Assembly: GCA_017556705.1 (NCBI GenBank)
Contig: JAFYMG010000004.1
Span: 12,946-76,945 of the forward strand
Direction of reading: 5' to 3'
DNA: 64,000 bases
Origin: Paludibacteraceae bacterium
GTDB taxonomy: Bacteria > Bacteroidota > Bacteroidia > Bacteroidales > Paludibacteraceae
In this document: positions 37,901 to 45,188 of the stretch, piece after piece
How positions within the stretch are numbered: the first letter of the stretch is position 1
How the letters are laid out: each line of letters begins with the position of its first letter
Program-made: the position numbers and the translations under genes
Notes under the pieces: generated by a model
Database searches by the model: none
Seen by the model: the letters and a program-made list of their open reading frames with translations, nothing else
Told to the model about the DNA's origin: nothing

Positions 37901-39522
37901 TCATCATCAAATGGACGTATTGTGAAAGGTAAAGTATCTCCTATCTCTAATGCCCAGTCATATAGTACAACATCCTCATATATTTCAAATTCGGGGCTAT
38001 AGAGTAGTACTTGATTATTTTCCTCTCGGAGATAATTTCTTCCATCATACAAATACCATTTTCCATTAACGAGAGTAGGTGTATATTCATTGAAAGACAC
38101 GAGAGAAGGGGCACCAGCTCCGTCTGTATGAAATTCTACCTCTGTTCGTTGCAAGCCCCAAAGCGTTGGGAAGAGGTCTTTAGGTTTTTGCTCTGCGTTA
38201 TACTCGCAGCCATATTCTATAAATGTATCATTATCTGTAAATGCGTCATTATCAACAGAATAGGCAAGCACATTATCTTTGTAAGCGCAAAGCAATTGAT
38301 AGTTGCTACTGCCAGGCACTAATAGTCCACCATGTAAGAATCCGCTGTATGAGCCAACAAACTCTTGCCAAATCAAGGCAGAAGGGATAGTGTCACCTGT
38401 TATAGGATGAATAATATCCATAACATATGTATCCTCTGCGATACCACCCGCCGTGGAGTAATTATCTGTTATTACGCATTTGTAGGTCTTGAAGTGTTCG
38501 TAGTTATTGATGCCAGAAAATACCTCAAGCGTATCGCCAAACTCATGATAGCCAAAGTCATACAATAAGTATTCGGCGTTGTCATAATAAATATATGCTT
38601 TCTGGTTTTCAGCAAATCGCACGGCTGCTACATACTCCGCAGCACTCTCATCGTATGCTGCCCAATGACGTGTAACAGCAGTGTATTCTTTACCGCCAAT
38701 GATAGTGTCGTGGGCTAATTTATATTGCCATGTTTGGGCAGTTTGCTCAAAAGCCATACCATCAAATTGCAACACATTCCAAGTATTAGTTCTCCATTGC
38801 CATTTATTAGACCACGAAGTGCAAGGGCAATCTATATTGAGTAGGTCTCTTTTTTCGTCATCCATGAGATAAACGAGTCTATCGTAAATGGAAGCACAAA
38901 CAAGGTCTTCTTCTACACAGCAAGTAGGAAGTTCTTCCCATGGATTTCTGATTATAGCGAAGAAATCTGCACCTAAATTGCCAATGTACTCCATATACTC
39001 CATACCGTTGCTGAATGTCCATTTCTTATACTGGTTGCTATCGCACATCATAACCATAGACACATCGGTTACGATTAAGGTATCAATAGGGAAAGATACA
39101 TATTCGTCAAGATGGATAGGATAATCCACCACAACAGGTTTAACTCCAGGTAGTATTGGGTCACCCTCTGTCATAGGAACAATATCAATATTTAGGGTTG
39201 TGAGGGTGTCGCCTACTTCAAGGGTAAAGTCATAAAGTACCAAATCCTTTTTTGCAGGTTCGCTATAAACAAATATTCTACCATCTTTGTCTTCGCGTAG
39301 CCACAAATCGTTGTATTCGATATAGTAGTTACCATCGATTTCGAACATATTATCTTCAAAGCTCAATCTATTGAGTGTCCTATTTTGCTCATTGCCTTCC
39401 ATGTAATGACAAGAAGTGCGTTCCAAGTATGCGAGCGTAGGAAACAAGTAACCGAATAATGTTTCTGAAAACATTTGTGTACTCATTAGCGCACAAAAGA
39501 GAAAAAGTAATGTTCGTTTCAT
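34975..39522 (-). CDS. Large secreted repeat protein (1515 aa; 7 copies of an unassigned module)
   Basis: Signal peptide. Four A modules (LVLYDFTLEVGDTL...TLLDGKEYKKWTF...LVCASKNGQLLYQMD.AEMERLGAECLCE) and three B modules (ETWQYKL..DTII.GK.Y...AVRF...LLCAY). Short C-terminal GQLLILHNGKTYTVMG tail. Confidence 0.85.
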   Translation of the reverse strand: MKRTLLFLFCALMSTQMFSETLFGYLFPTLAYLERTSCHYMEGNEQNRTLNRLSFEDNMFEIDGNYYIEYNDLWLREDKDGRIFVYSEPAKKDLVLYDFTLEVGDTLTTLNIDIVPMTEGDPILPGVKPVVVDYPIHLDEYVSFPIDTLIVTDVSMVMMCDSNQYKKWTFSNGMEYMEYIGNLGADFFAIIRNPWEELPTCCVEEDLVCASIYDRLVYLMDDEKRDLLNIDCPCTSWSNKWQWRTNTWNVLQFDGMAFEQTAQTWQYKLAHDTIIGGKEYTAVTRHWAAYDESAAEYVAAVRFAENQKAYIYYDNAEYLLYDFGYHEFGDTLEVFSGINNYEHFKTYKCVITDNYSTAGGIAEDTYVMDIIHPITGDTIPSALIWQEFVGSYSGFLHGGLLVPGSSNYQLLCAYKDNVLAYSVDNDAFTDNDTFIEYGCEYNAEQKPKDLFPTLWGLQRTEVEFHTDGAGAPSLVSFNEYTPTLVNGKWYLYDGRNYLREENNQVLLYSPEFEIYEDVVLYDWALEIGDTLPFTIRPFDDDKSRGAVFRVTDVSTITLLDGKKYKKWTLACGIEYIEGIGAINGEGFGNYFCIQHTAHPATYIDTRLVCASRNGQLLYQMDEAEMERLGAECLCEVETSYKSQWCNTWNVFKHSGGARLDSEETWQYKLDRDTIINGKLYSTVIYYLTSDPSQEYYMGAVRFGDDRKVYRAIGNSESVVYDFTAQVGDTLGPGVVYDVEVDSLTNLKTIYFHPYDRYEDKYIEYATVKWIEGVGSTDGFLLAKDYGTVGGASFYLLCAYRDDELKYADNKDLGCRYNAGEVTYEHFPTLAGLSRTIHEERSTNDTTRKEDFTKVVLDLSFPTLYHSQMYLRERDNKIFVESRTYKNLTELYEYVLYDFTLEVGDSLPMLYIDYSSRGDWGPIYPLSILNVVNYRKEADGTIYPGDTLVVTEVSTITLLDGKEYKKWTFNNGMEYAEGIGSLSGDFYELIANKRTTEDLTASHLVCASKNGQLLYKMDDAEMEQLETECLCEYNAEQKPEDLFPTLWGLQQTICSGYYGEEGDEWASGLTGPSQEITMMDGKPYLQWGSWYLREENDKILVYSEIQKKDLVLYDFTLELGDTLTTLNLVTPEFLEYEGIVGIVDYPLSDYDYTYPIDTLVVTELSKETLLDGKEYTRWKFSDGTVYVEGIGSMSETFFHHIADHLPVPVSYLGSYLVCVSKNNKLLYQMDDTEMERLGAECLCDYDRGPRKDNAKNGKIGGRPTPTQWNMLEVETKEMDGTPTILRAETFSYTLENDSIVANNKTYYQLARQSTKDTAITKSFVGALHFGEDEDNRVYFLRDGVEYVLYDFTAEPGDTIEIFAGINNYPQETTYTHVVVDKDTTEDGACRMFLEVVFPDETTTATNAEKVWLAGLGSIDGIVHNTAKRTSDVHAAPSRSAGSETQTSVMLCAWREDSCLYTTSHPEYDTFGCIYNQDPTAVENPTSPSSYQKFLREGQLLILHNGKTYTVMGIEMK

Positions 39523-39595
39523 AGGTATAAGTGCTTTTTATTTGTTATACATTTCGGGTCAGTACAATTGTTTCTACGATATTCCTATACTAATG

Positions 39596-39650
39596 TACCG
39601 TTTATCTACCGTTTATCTACCGTTTATCTACCGTATATCAACCGTAGTTG
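39596..39650. repeat. 11-bp tandem repeat TACCGTTTATC (3 perfect plus 2 degenerate units)
   Basis: Perfect units at 39596-39628, taccgtAtatc at 39629-39639 and aaccgtagttg at 39640-39650. Lies 74-128 nt upstream of the repeat-protein ATG. Confidence 0.9.
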
Positions 39651-39678
39651 ACAGCGGAAAGAATGGGTTCTTTATTTT

Positions 39679-40461
39679 CTATTTTTTTATCAAGTAATAC
39701 ATTGCTGTTGTATAAAAATCAGATAGAAACGGAATTTGTAAGTATTTGGGTATTATACGAGGTTGCAAACCGAATTTTATATCGTAGTTGGGGTTAATTA
39801 AATAATGTGTATGTATTACTATTTGATATTGCTCTTTGTCTAAAATGTTTTCAAAGCGGTGCAAACTGATGCCTGTGTCTTTTATACTGATAAGGGCATT
39901 GATTGTGTTTATACTCTCTCCTCCAAATTGTAGTACCGTTTTATATAAATATGTAGGCAATAGATGCAACCAAGGTGTATGTGATAGCACTTTGTTACGA
40001 CATATTTGCTGATGCCCTCCAAAAGGATTACACCAAACAGGAAAACCAAAGAACACTAATGTATCTACATGCATAAAACATTTAAGTTTGTGCATAAACG
40101 CCTCTTGGTTCGCTATGTGTTCAATTACATCCCTAAGTATAATTAAGTCAAATGTTCCTATTTCTTTAGAGGATACTTCATTTATATCATTCGCTATAAA
40201 ACGCAGTTTTTCGTGGTAAGGATGATCCATGAAAAATGTTTTAGCTCTTTCCAATTGAGCAGTATCTATATCAACCCCTACGCAATGACATCCTAAATCC
40301 AAAAAAGGTTTTAAGTTGCCTCCTTCTCCACATCCAATTTCCAGGATACGAAGGTGGGGTGTGATAGGTAGTACTTGCTCAATGTATGGAATGACATACT
40401 TTTGCGTGCATTTATTCTGTTCTTTGAAGTAAATTTCTCTGTTTCTGTGTCGGTTTTGCAT
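39679..40461 (-). CDS. Class I SAM-dependent methyltransferase
   Basis: Motif I ILEIGCGEGGN and motif II-like FDLIILRDVIEH. Confidence 0.8.
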   Translation of the reverse strand: MQNRHRNREIYFKEQNKCTQKYVIPYIEQVLPITPHLRILEIGCGEGGNLKPFLDLGCHCVGVDIDTAQLERAKTFFMDHPYHEKLRFIANDINEVSSKEIGTFDLIILRDVIEHIANQEAFMHKLKCFMHVDTLVFFGFPVWCNPFGGHQQICRNKVLSHTPWLHLLPTYLYKTVLQFGGESINTINALISIKDTGISLHRFENILDKEQYQIVIHTHYLINPNYDIKFGLQPRIIPKYLQIPFLSDFYTTAMYYLIKK

Positions 40462-40485
40462 ATTTGCGGTGGATTAAATTCACTG

Positions 40486-40493
40486 CAAAATTA
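40486..40493 (-). promoter_or_regulatory. -7 promoter box TAATTTTG (methyltransferase)
   Basis: TAnnTTTG match 25 nt upstream of ATG 40461. Confidence 0.55.
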
Positions 40494-40588
40494 GTGCGAT
40501 GATCCGAAACGTGCAATAACAATGGGCTTTTGTACTGATTAGTAAAATATAAATTATTAATTACCTGTAAGTTGTGTGTGAAATTGTA

Positions 40589-42001
40589 TCACTTTGTTTC
40601 CTGTAGAATATTGTACAGATGCTTGTACAGATCTCGTGTTGGTATGCCTATTTTCTGTGCGACACGGCGTTTGAAGGTGCTGATGCCTGTAGGCGAATAA
40701 TGCATCCAATCCGCCAGTTCCTCTAGTGAGGCGTTAGGATAAAGGAGCATATAGGTGCAAAAAATATTCTCGCGATTGGAGAGGTGGTAGGTCTCCAACT
40801 GAGATAGCCAGTCGTGGAGTAGAGTGTCTAAGTCTTTCTTAAGTTCGTTGTAATCATTCCACTGTTTGCGAGGACGTGGATATGTGGCACGGATATTAGA
40901 GAGTTGGGCCGTGACAGACAAGTCTTCTATCTGATGATGAGCAACTTGTAGGCGGTGGGTAGCATATCGGCGGTGTAGCACGATGGTGATGAGTAACAGC
41001 AAACAGGCTACAACTAAACATAGGAGCGCAATCCATGCCCAACGATAAGGATAGGGGTTTGCCAAATGTTTTTCAAGTTTGGTTAGTGCGCTTTTATACT
41101 TGCCTACACTCTCCATCAGTAGGTCGTTAGCGTCTTGTCGCGCGTGCGCATACGCGCTCAGTTTATTTATATCTCCACGTGCTTTGGCGTCCTGCATCAA
41201 GCAGTAATAAGCATTAACCAAATCGTTGGGGTCGCTAGATAGGTCTACAATAATTTTTGCAAAGGGAAGGGCCTGCGCAAAATTGTCCATATCTAGATAA
41301 ACTTGCATGAGTTTCTTGTAGGTAAAGAATTTGTATTCTTCATACTGCCAGAAGTCTAGACTCTGGTGAAAATAGTAAAGAGCAGAGTCGTATTGGAGTT
41401 GCTCGTAGAAATAGAGCCCTTTGGTCTCGTAGAAGCGTGCGAGGTAGTAGTCGTCTAAGTTGTAAGAGGCTGCGATACGGAGTACGCTATCAGCTTCAGC
41501 GAAATGGTGAAGGTAGGTGTGGAATTCGCTGACGTCTAGCAAGGTGTGTGCGTAATACCAATTTTTGCCACTAGTTTTGAACGCGTCATTGGCATGAATG
41601 AAGAAGATGAGGGCAAGGCTATCGCTCTCGTTTTGTTTGCTGATATGTGCTAAGCAAGAATTGATTCGTCCACGATAGATAGGATCGTCTATCTGTGCAC
41701 GGTCGGCAGCGATATAATGCTCTGCTGCTTGGGTGATTTGGTCATCAAGACTGAGATGGCGCCCGAGGTAGTAGTGGGCTTTTCCGAGTTGGTTGTGTGC
41801 AAAGAGACGACCGAAAGGGTTATCGAGCATGCGGATAGCTTGCTGCAGCGCTGCGGTATCGTCGTAGAGGATGTGTTCGGTTTGGTCGAGACTATCAGCG
41901 ATGGAGATAGTAGCATGTGCTTCTTGGTAGCGAGTGCAGTAGTCGCAGGAAACCAAGAGTAGGCAGAGAAGCAGGTATGTAAGATGACGAACAGGTTGCA
42001 T
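40589..42001 (-). CDS. Membrane-spanning TPR-like sensor with C-terminal LuxR/sigma-70-region-4-like HTH
   Basis: Signal/lipobox LLLVSC, about 320 aa of helical TPR-like repeats, TM helix WAWIALLCLVVACLLLLITIVL, and C-terminal LSNRE...SLEELADWMHYSPTGISTFKRRVAQKIGI. Start set at ATG 42001 because the -7 box at 42032-42039 lies inside the longer ORF. Confidence 0.7.
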   Translation of the reverse strand: MQPVRHLTYLLLCLLLVSCDYCTRYQEAHATISIADSLDQTEHILYDDTAALQQAIRMLDNPFGRLFAHNQLGKAHYYLGRHLSLDDQITQAAEHYIAADRAQIDDPIYRGRINSCLAHISKQNESDSLALIFFIHANDAFKTSGKNWYYAHTLLDVSEFHTYLHHFAEADSVLRIAASYNLDDYYLARFYETKGLYFYEQLQYDSALYYFHQSLDFWQYEEYKFFTYKKLMQVYLDMDNFAQALPFAKIIVDLSSDPNDLVNAYYCLMQDAKARGDINKLSAYAHARQDANDLLMESVGKYKSALTKLEKHLANPYPYRWAWIALLCLVVACLLLLITIVLHRRYATHRLQVAHHQIEDLSVTAQLSNIRATYPRPRKQWNDYNELKKDLDTLLHDWLSQLETYHLSNRENIFCTYMLLYPNASLEELADWMHYSPTGISTFKRRVAQKIGIPTRDLYKHLYNILQETK

Positions 42002-42031
42002 AATAAGCGGTATTGATTTGGATTGCGTTTG

Positions 42032-42039
42032 CAAAGGTA
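42032..42039 (-). promoter_or_regulatory. -7 promoter box TACCTTTG (TPR-HTH regulator)
   Basis: TAnnTTTG match 31 nt upstream of ATG 42001. Confidence 0.55.
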
Positions 42040-42145
42040 GTGAAAATATTCAAGTTAAGCAAGTGTTTTGGTAAATGTACTCGTTTTTATTATGATGAGT
42101 GTTGATAATGTGGTGCTTATAACGATTTTGTACACTTATAAAAAA

Positions 42146-42170
42146 ATCACCTACGCATTGCGCAGGTGAT
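42146..42170. terminator. Bidirectional terminator ATCACCT-N-AGGTGAT after the exbD operon
   Basis: Arms atcacct/aggtgat plus inner cgc/gcg, with A6 before and T4 after. The arms are identical to those of the terminator at 34927-34959. Confidence 0.7.
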
Positions 42171-42194
42171 TTTTGTTGAGATCAATCTATTAGA

Positions 42195-42665
42195 TTAGTA
42201 GGATGTACGTTGGGTAGCAGCATAGCTGATCTTCAGTGCGTACGCACGGCGAAGCTCTTGCTTGATATCAGCGATGATACCCATCTTAGTCTCCTTGTCA
42301 GCCTTGATAGACACGGTCATCAAACCTTGGTCAGACTCTTTCATTGAAGAACGCTCGTTGATGATGAAATCACCAATCTCTTTTGCGTCAGCGAAAGCAT
42401 CGTCCAATTGGATACGTGTTTCAGCACCGTATTGTTTGCGGAACTCAGCAGTAGGAGTACCTACATAGATGTAACGAACCAATGATTTTTTCTCCAACTT
42501 AGTCAACTCAGTAGCTTGAGGGTTGGTGAAGTGAACCTTGAAGTTAACCTCCTTCATAGAAGTTACAGACATGAAGAAGAACAAGAGCATGAAGATGATA
42601 TCTGGCAATGAACTGGTGTTCAATGCTGGCATCTCACGTTTATCGTTTCTACGAATTTTTGCCAT
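42195..42665 (-). CDS. exbD: ExbD/TolR family biopolymer transport protein
   Basis: N-terminal basic segment plus TM helix LPDIIFMLLFFFM, then a periplasmic domain. Confidence 0.85.
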   Translation of the reverse strand: MAKIRRNDKREMPALNTSSLPDIIFMLLFFFMSVTSMKEVNFKVHFTNPQATELTKLEKKSLVRYIYVGTPTAEFRKQYGAETRIQLDDAFADAKEIGDFIINERSSMKESDQGLMTVSIKADKETKMGIIADIKQELRRAYALKISYAATQRTSY

Positions 42666-42667
42666 AC

Positions 42668-43249
42668 TTATTTTCCTCCATAATTTTTAGGTTCAGCCTC
42701 TGAAATCTTTTGAGGGTAGATCTTAGAAATCTTCTTTTGCCACTCCTCATCGAGTTCGTTATAAGACTTGTTGAAGTACTTTTTAGCGCACTCTTCGCGC
42801 AATTCATTGTAGGCGGCAACGAGTTCGTTTTGCACATCCAAATATGCTTGGTACTGTGTTTCCATGTCGTTTTGCACAGAAATCACGTGCTCTTTGGTGT
42901 ATTTGAGCGTACCGAAAGGTTGTCCAAAGTCCTCTTCGAAAAGCTTTGGCATATCAGCCTTATCCTCTGGGTTTGCAATAAACTCCTTCGCCTTCGCGCG
43001 CAGTTGCTTAATATCAAGTTCTTGACCTTGCACAAGGAGTTTGTTCTCCCAGTTAATCTTCACAACAAACAAGTTGCGTTTGTTGATATCGGTGTCCTCA
43101 ACCTTTTGATCGGGTGGAATAGGAGGAGGCAAACGACGTGCCAAACCTTGATTCACATCCATGGAGGTGGTCACCAAGAAGAAGATGAGCAGCAAGAACG
43201 AGATATCAGCCATAGAACTGGCGTTAATCTCTGGAATTTTCTTTGCCAT
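42668..43249 (-). CDS. exbD: ExbD/TolR family biopolymer transport protein (long form)
   Basis: INASSMADISFLLLIFFLVTT anchor and an ExbD-like periplasmic domain. Confidence 0.85.
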   Translation of the reverse strand: MAKKIPEINASSMADISFLLLIFFLVTTSMDVNQGLARRLPPPIPPDQKVEDTDINKRNLFVVKINWENKLLVQGQELDIKQLRAKAKEFIANPEDKADMPKLFEEDFGQPFGTLKYTKEHVISVQNDMETQYQAYLDVQNELVAAYNELREECAKKYFNKSYNELDEEWQKKISKIYPQKISEAEPKNYGGK

Positions 43250-43257
43250 AACTACAA

Positions 43258-43734
43258 TTACTTTTTAACTTTTGTATAAATAACACCCCAAACCAATGCT
43301 ACAATTGTAGAAGCAGTAAGGATGTAAACAAGATACATAATAGCATCACTCATACGAGCCATGTTACCTACGTTATCGGTACCTTCGTAACCGAGGATTT
43401 CGATTTTCTCAGGGCTACCCAAGAACCAGCATAGAGCGCAAAGACCTACAGCTGCAAGAACTACACCTACAGAAGCAAATGCAGATTTCTTGTTCACTTT
43501 AAGTGTGTCAAACCATTTCCAGATAACAAAACCGAAAGTAACGAGGATAACAAGAACTACGAGCGCATAAATCCAATAGAGGAGTACGTTGGTGAACTTT
43601 GGAATATCCAAGAAGTCACCTGCTACCTCCAACGAACCTTCAGAACCTCCAAGGAAGAACATCGCAGTAGCGACGATACCCACTATCATGAGGATCCAGA
43701 GGGTTACTTTTGGGAATAATTTATAATTCTTCAT
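43258..43734 (-). CDS. Hypothetical 4-TM membrane protein within the exbB-exbD operon
   Basis: Four hydrophobic helices, tightly packed between exbB and exbD. No family recognised. Confidence 0.6.
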   Translation of the reverse strand: MKNYKLFPKVTLWILMIVGIVATAMFFLGGSEGSLEVAGDFLDIPKFTNVLLYWIYALVVLVILVTFGFVIWKWFDTLKVNKKSAFASVGVVLAAVGLCALCWFLGSPEKIEILGYEGTDNVGNMARMSDAIMYLVYILTASTIVALVWGVIYTKVKK

Positions 43735-43790
43735 AATAATCTATAATTTTGCAAGTTTAACAATTCACGTTCTGCACAATGCAAAATAGA

Positions 43791-44618
43791 TTATTTCTTT
43801 TGTGCTGCGTCGTATTCAACCACGAGGTCGAGGAGGCTGATAGAGCTATCCTCCATCTCATTAACGAGACCCTCGATCAAGCTAAGGATGTAGTTGTAGA
43901 ATACTTGAAGAATAATAGCGATGATCAAACCGAGGAGAGTTGTCAAAAGAGCAACCTTGATACCACCAGCCACAACAGTAGCAGAGATATCACCTACTTG
44001 TTGGATCTTATCGAACGCTTGGATCATACCGATAATGGTACCCAAGAATCCCAAAGATGGAGCGATAGAGATGAAAAGAGAAATCCAAGAGAGGTTCTTC
44101 TCCAAAAGACCGAGTTGAACACCACCGTAAGAAGCTACAGTCTTCTCAACTACGTCAACGCCTTCGTTGTAGCGGCTCAAACCTTGGTAGAAGATACTTG
44201 CTACAGGACCACGAGTGTTACGGCAAACCTCCAAAGCAGCCTCGATACCACCTTCTTTCAAAGCAGCCTCAACCTTAGCCAAGAGAGCTTTAGTGTTAGT
44301 TTTGCTCAAGCTCAAATAGATGATACGCTCAATACAAAGAGCCAAACCGAATACCAAGCAGATGAGAGTTGCAGCCATGAAGCCAGCACCACCTTCGATA
44401 AACTTAGTCTTAAGAGTCTTGTGAAGAGCTACAACAGCACCTTCCTCTGCCTCTACTACTTCTTCTGCTGCTTCAACTGCAGGAGCCTCAACAGCTGCAG
44501 AATCTACAGTTACTTCCTCAGCTACAGGAGCAGCCTCAGCTGCGTCTTGAGCCATTACTGCAACGCTTCCGAAAGAAAACATTGCCAACACCGTAAGGGT
44601 TGCAAAAATTTTTTTCAT
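43791..44618 (-). CDS. exbB: MotA/TolQ/ExbB proton channel family protein
   Basis: Signal peptide plus an acidic Ala/Glu-rich periplasmic extension, then an ExbB core (IAPSLGFLGTIIGMI). Confidence 0.9.
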   Translation of the reverse strand: MKKIFATLTVLAMFSFGSVAVMAQDAAEAAPVAEEVTVDSAAVEAPAVEAAEEVVEAEEGAVVALHKTLKTKFIEGGAGFMAATLICLVFGLALCIERIIYLSLSKTNTKALLAKVEAALKEGGIEAALEVCRNTRGPVASIFYQGLSRYNEGVDVVEKTVASYGGVQLGLLEKNLSWISLFISIAPSLGFLGTIIGMIQAFDKIQQVGDISATVVAGGIKVALLTTLLGLIIAIILQVFYNYILSLIEGLVNEMEDSSISLLDLVVEYDAAQKK

Positions 44619-44679
44619 ACGATTTTGTTTTTAGTATTAAGATTGTTTATAATAATTTTTAGTTCGTTTTACTCACGTT

Positions 44680-44951
44680 TGTGGCTCGCAAGCGAGCGTT
44701 GTTATCCGGATTCGAGGGCATCCTGGAGAGAGGAGGATTTCTTATCTCGGCTGCGCCTCGAACGATTATTTCTGCGTAATCCCCACAGTCTGCCACGGGC
44801 ATCCTGTGCAATCCTTTTCCGTTCCCCCTCTCTCAAGCAAGCTTGGACTCGAGAGGGGGATTTCTACGTAATCCCTCAATCTGCCGATGGCATCTTGTGC
44901 AAATCTTTTCTAAAATTCATTCGCTCAAGCAAGCTTGGACTCATTCATATT
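44680..44951. repeat. Degenerate tandem repeats (about 92-bp period) carrying copies of the tRNA-Ser 3' segment
   Basis: 19-mer ctcaagcaagcttggactc at 44832 and 44924. atttctgcgtaatcccc at 44768 versus atttctacgtaatccct at 44860. The tRNA 3' 15-mer ggagagagggggatt (44965-44979) recurs at 44725-44739 (14 of 15), and its 12-mer at 44851-44862. Confidence 0.8.
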
Positions 44952-44963
44952 AGAAAATCTTTG

Positions 44964-45051
44964 CGGAGAGAGGGGGATTCGAACCCCCGAAACCCTTTTG
45001 GAGTTTACACGCTTTCCAGGCGTGCCTCTTCAACCACTCGAGCATCTCTCC
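44964..45051 (-). tRNA. tRNA-Ser (anticodon GGA)
   Basis: Reverse complement reads GGAGAGA TG CTCGAGTGGTTGAAGAG G CACGC CTGGAAA GCGTG, a long variable arm, then GGGGGTTCGAATCCCCC TCTCTCC G. Confidence 0.92.
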
Positions 45052-45108
45052 TTCGCGCTAGCGACCTGTAACAGGACTATGCTTTTGGGCACAATACACC
45101 ATTTGACC

Positions 45109-45157
45109 CGCAAAGGTACAAAATTATTTACAAATTACAAAATTTACAATGTACAAT
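45109..45157 (-). promoter_or_regulatory. 49-bp promoter cassette (TTGTAAAT repeats plus TACCTTTG at 45111-45118) driving tRNA-Ser
   Basis: Reverse complement attgtacattgtaaattttgtaatttgtaaataattttgtacctttgcg. About 43 of 49 positions are identical to 9155-9203. Confidence 0.6.
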
Positions 45158-45188
45158 TTTTGTTTTTTTTGTTATTTTTCCCTCTTTT

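Noticed and set aside
39596-39650. Possible CRISPR array. The same question applies to the repeats at 44680-44951.
   Set aside because: The 11-bp units are contiguous with no spacers. The units at 44.7-44.9 kb are degenerate, about 92 bp long and tRNA-derived. There are no cas genes in the window.
42710-43279. A 189-aa plus-strand ORF.
   Set aside because: It is antisense to the long ExbD gene. It has no start context and no motifs.
43779-45071. A 430-aa plus-strand ORF.
   Set aside because: It runs antisense through exbB, through the tRNA-Ser-derived repeats and through the tRNA-Ser gene itself. Its composition is low-complexity and Ser/Leu/Cys-rich, and it has no motifs.
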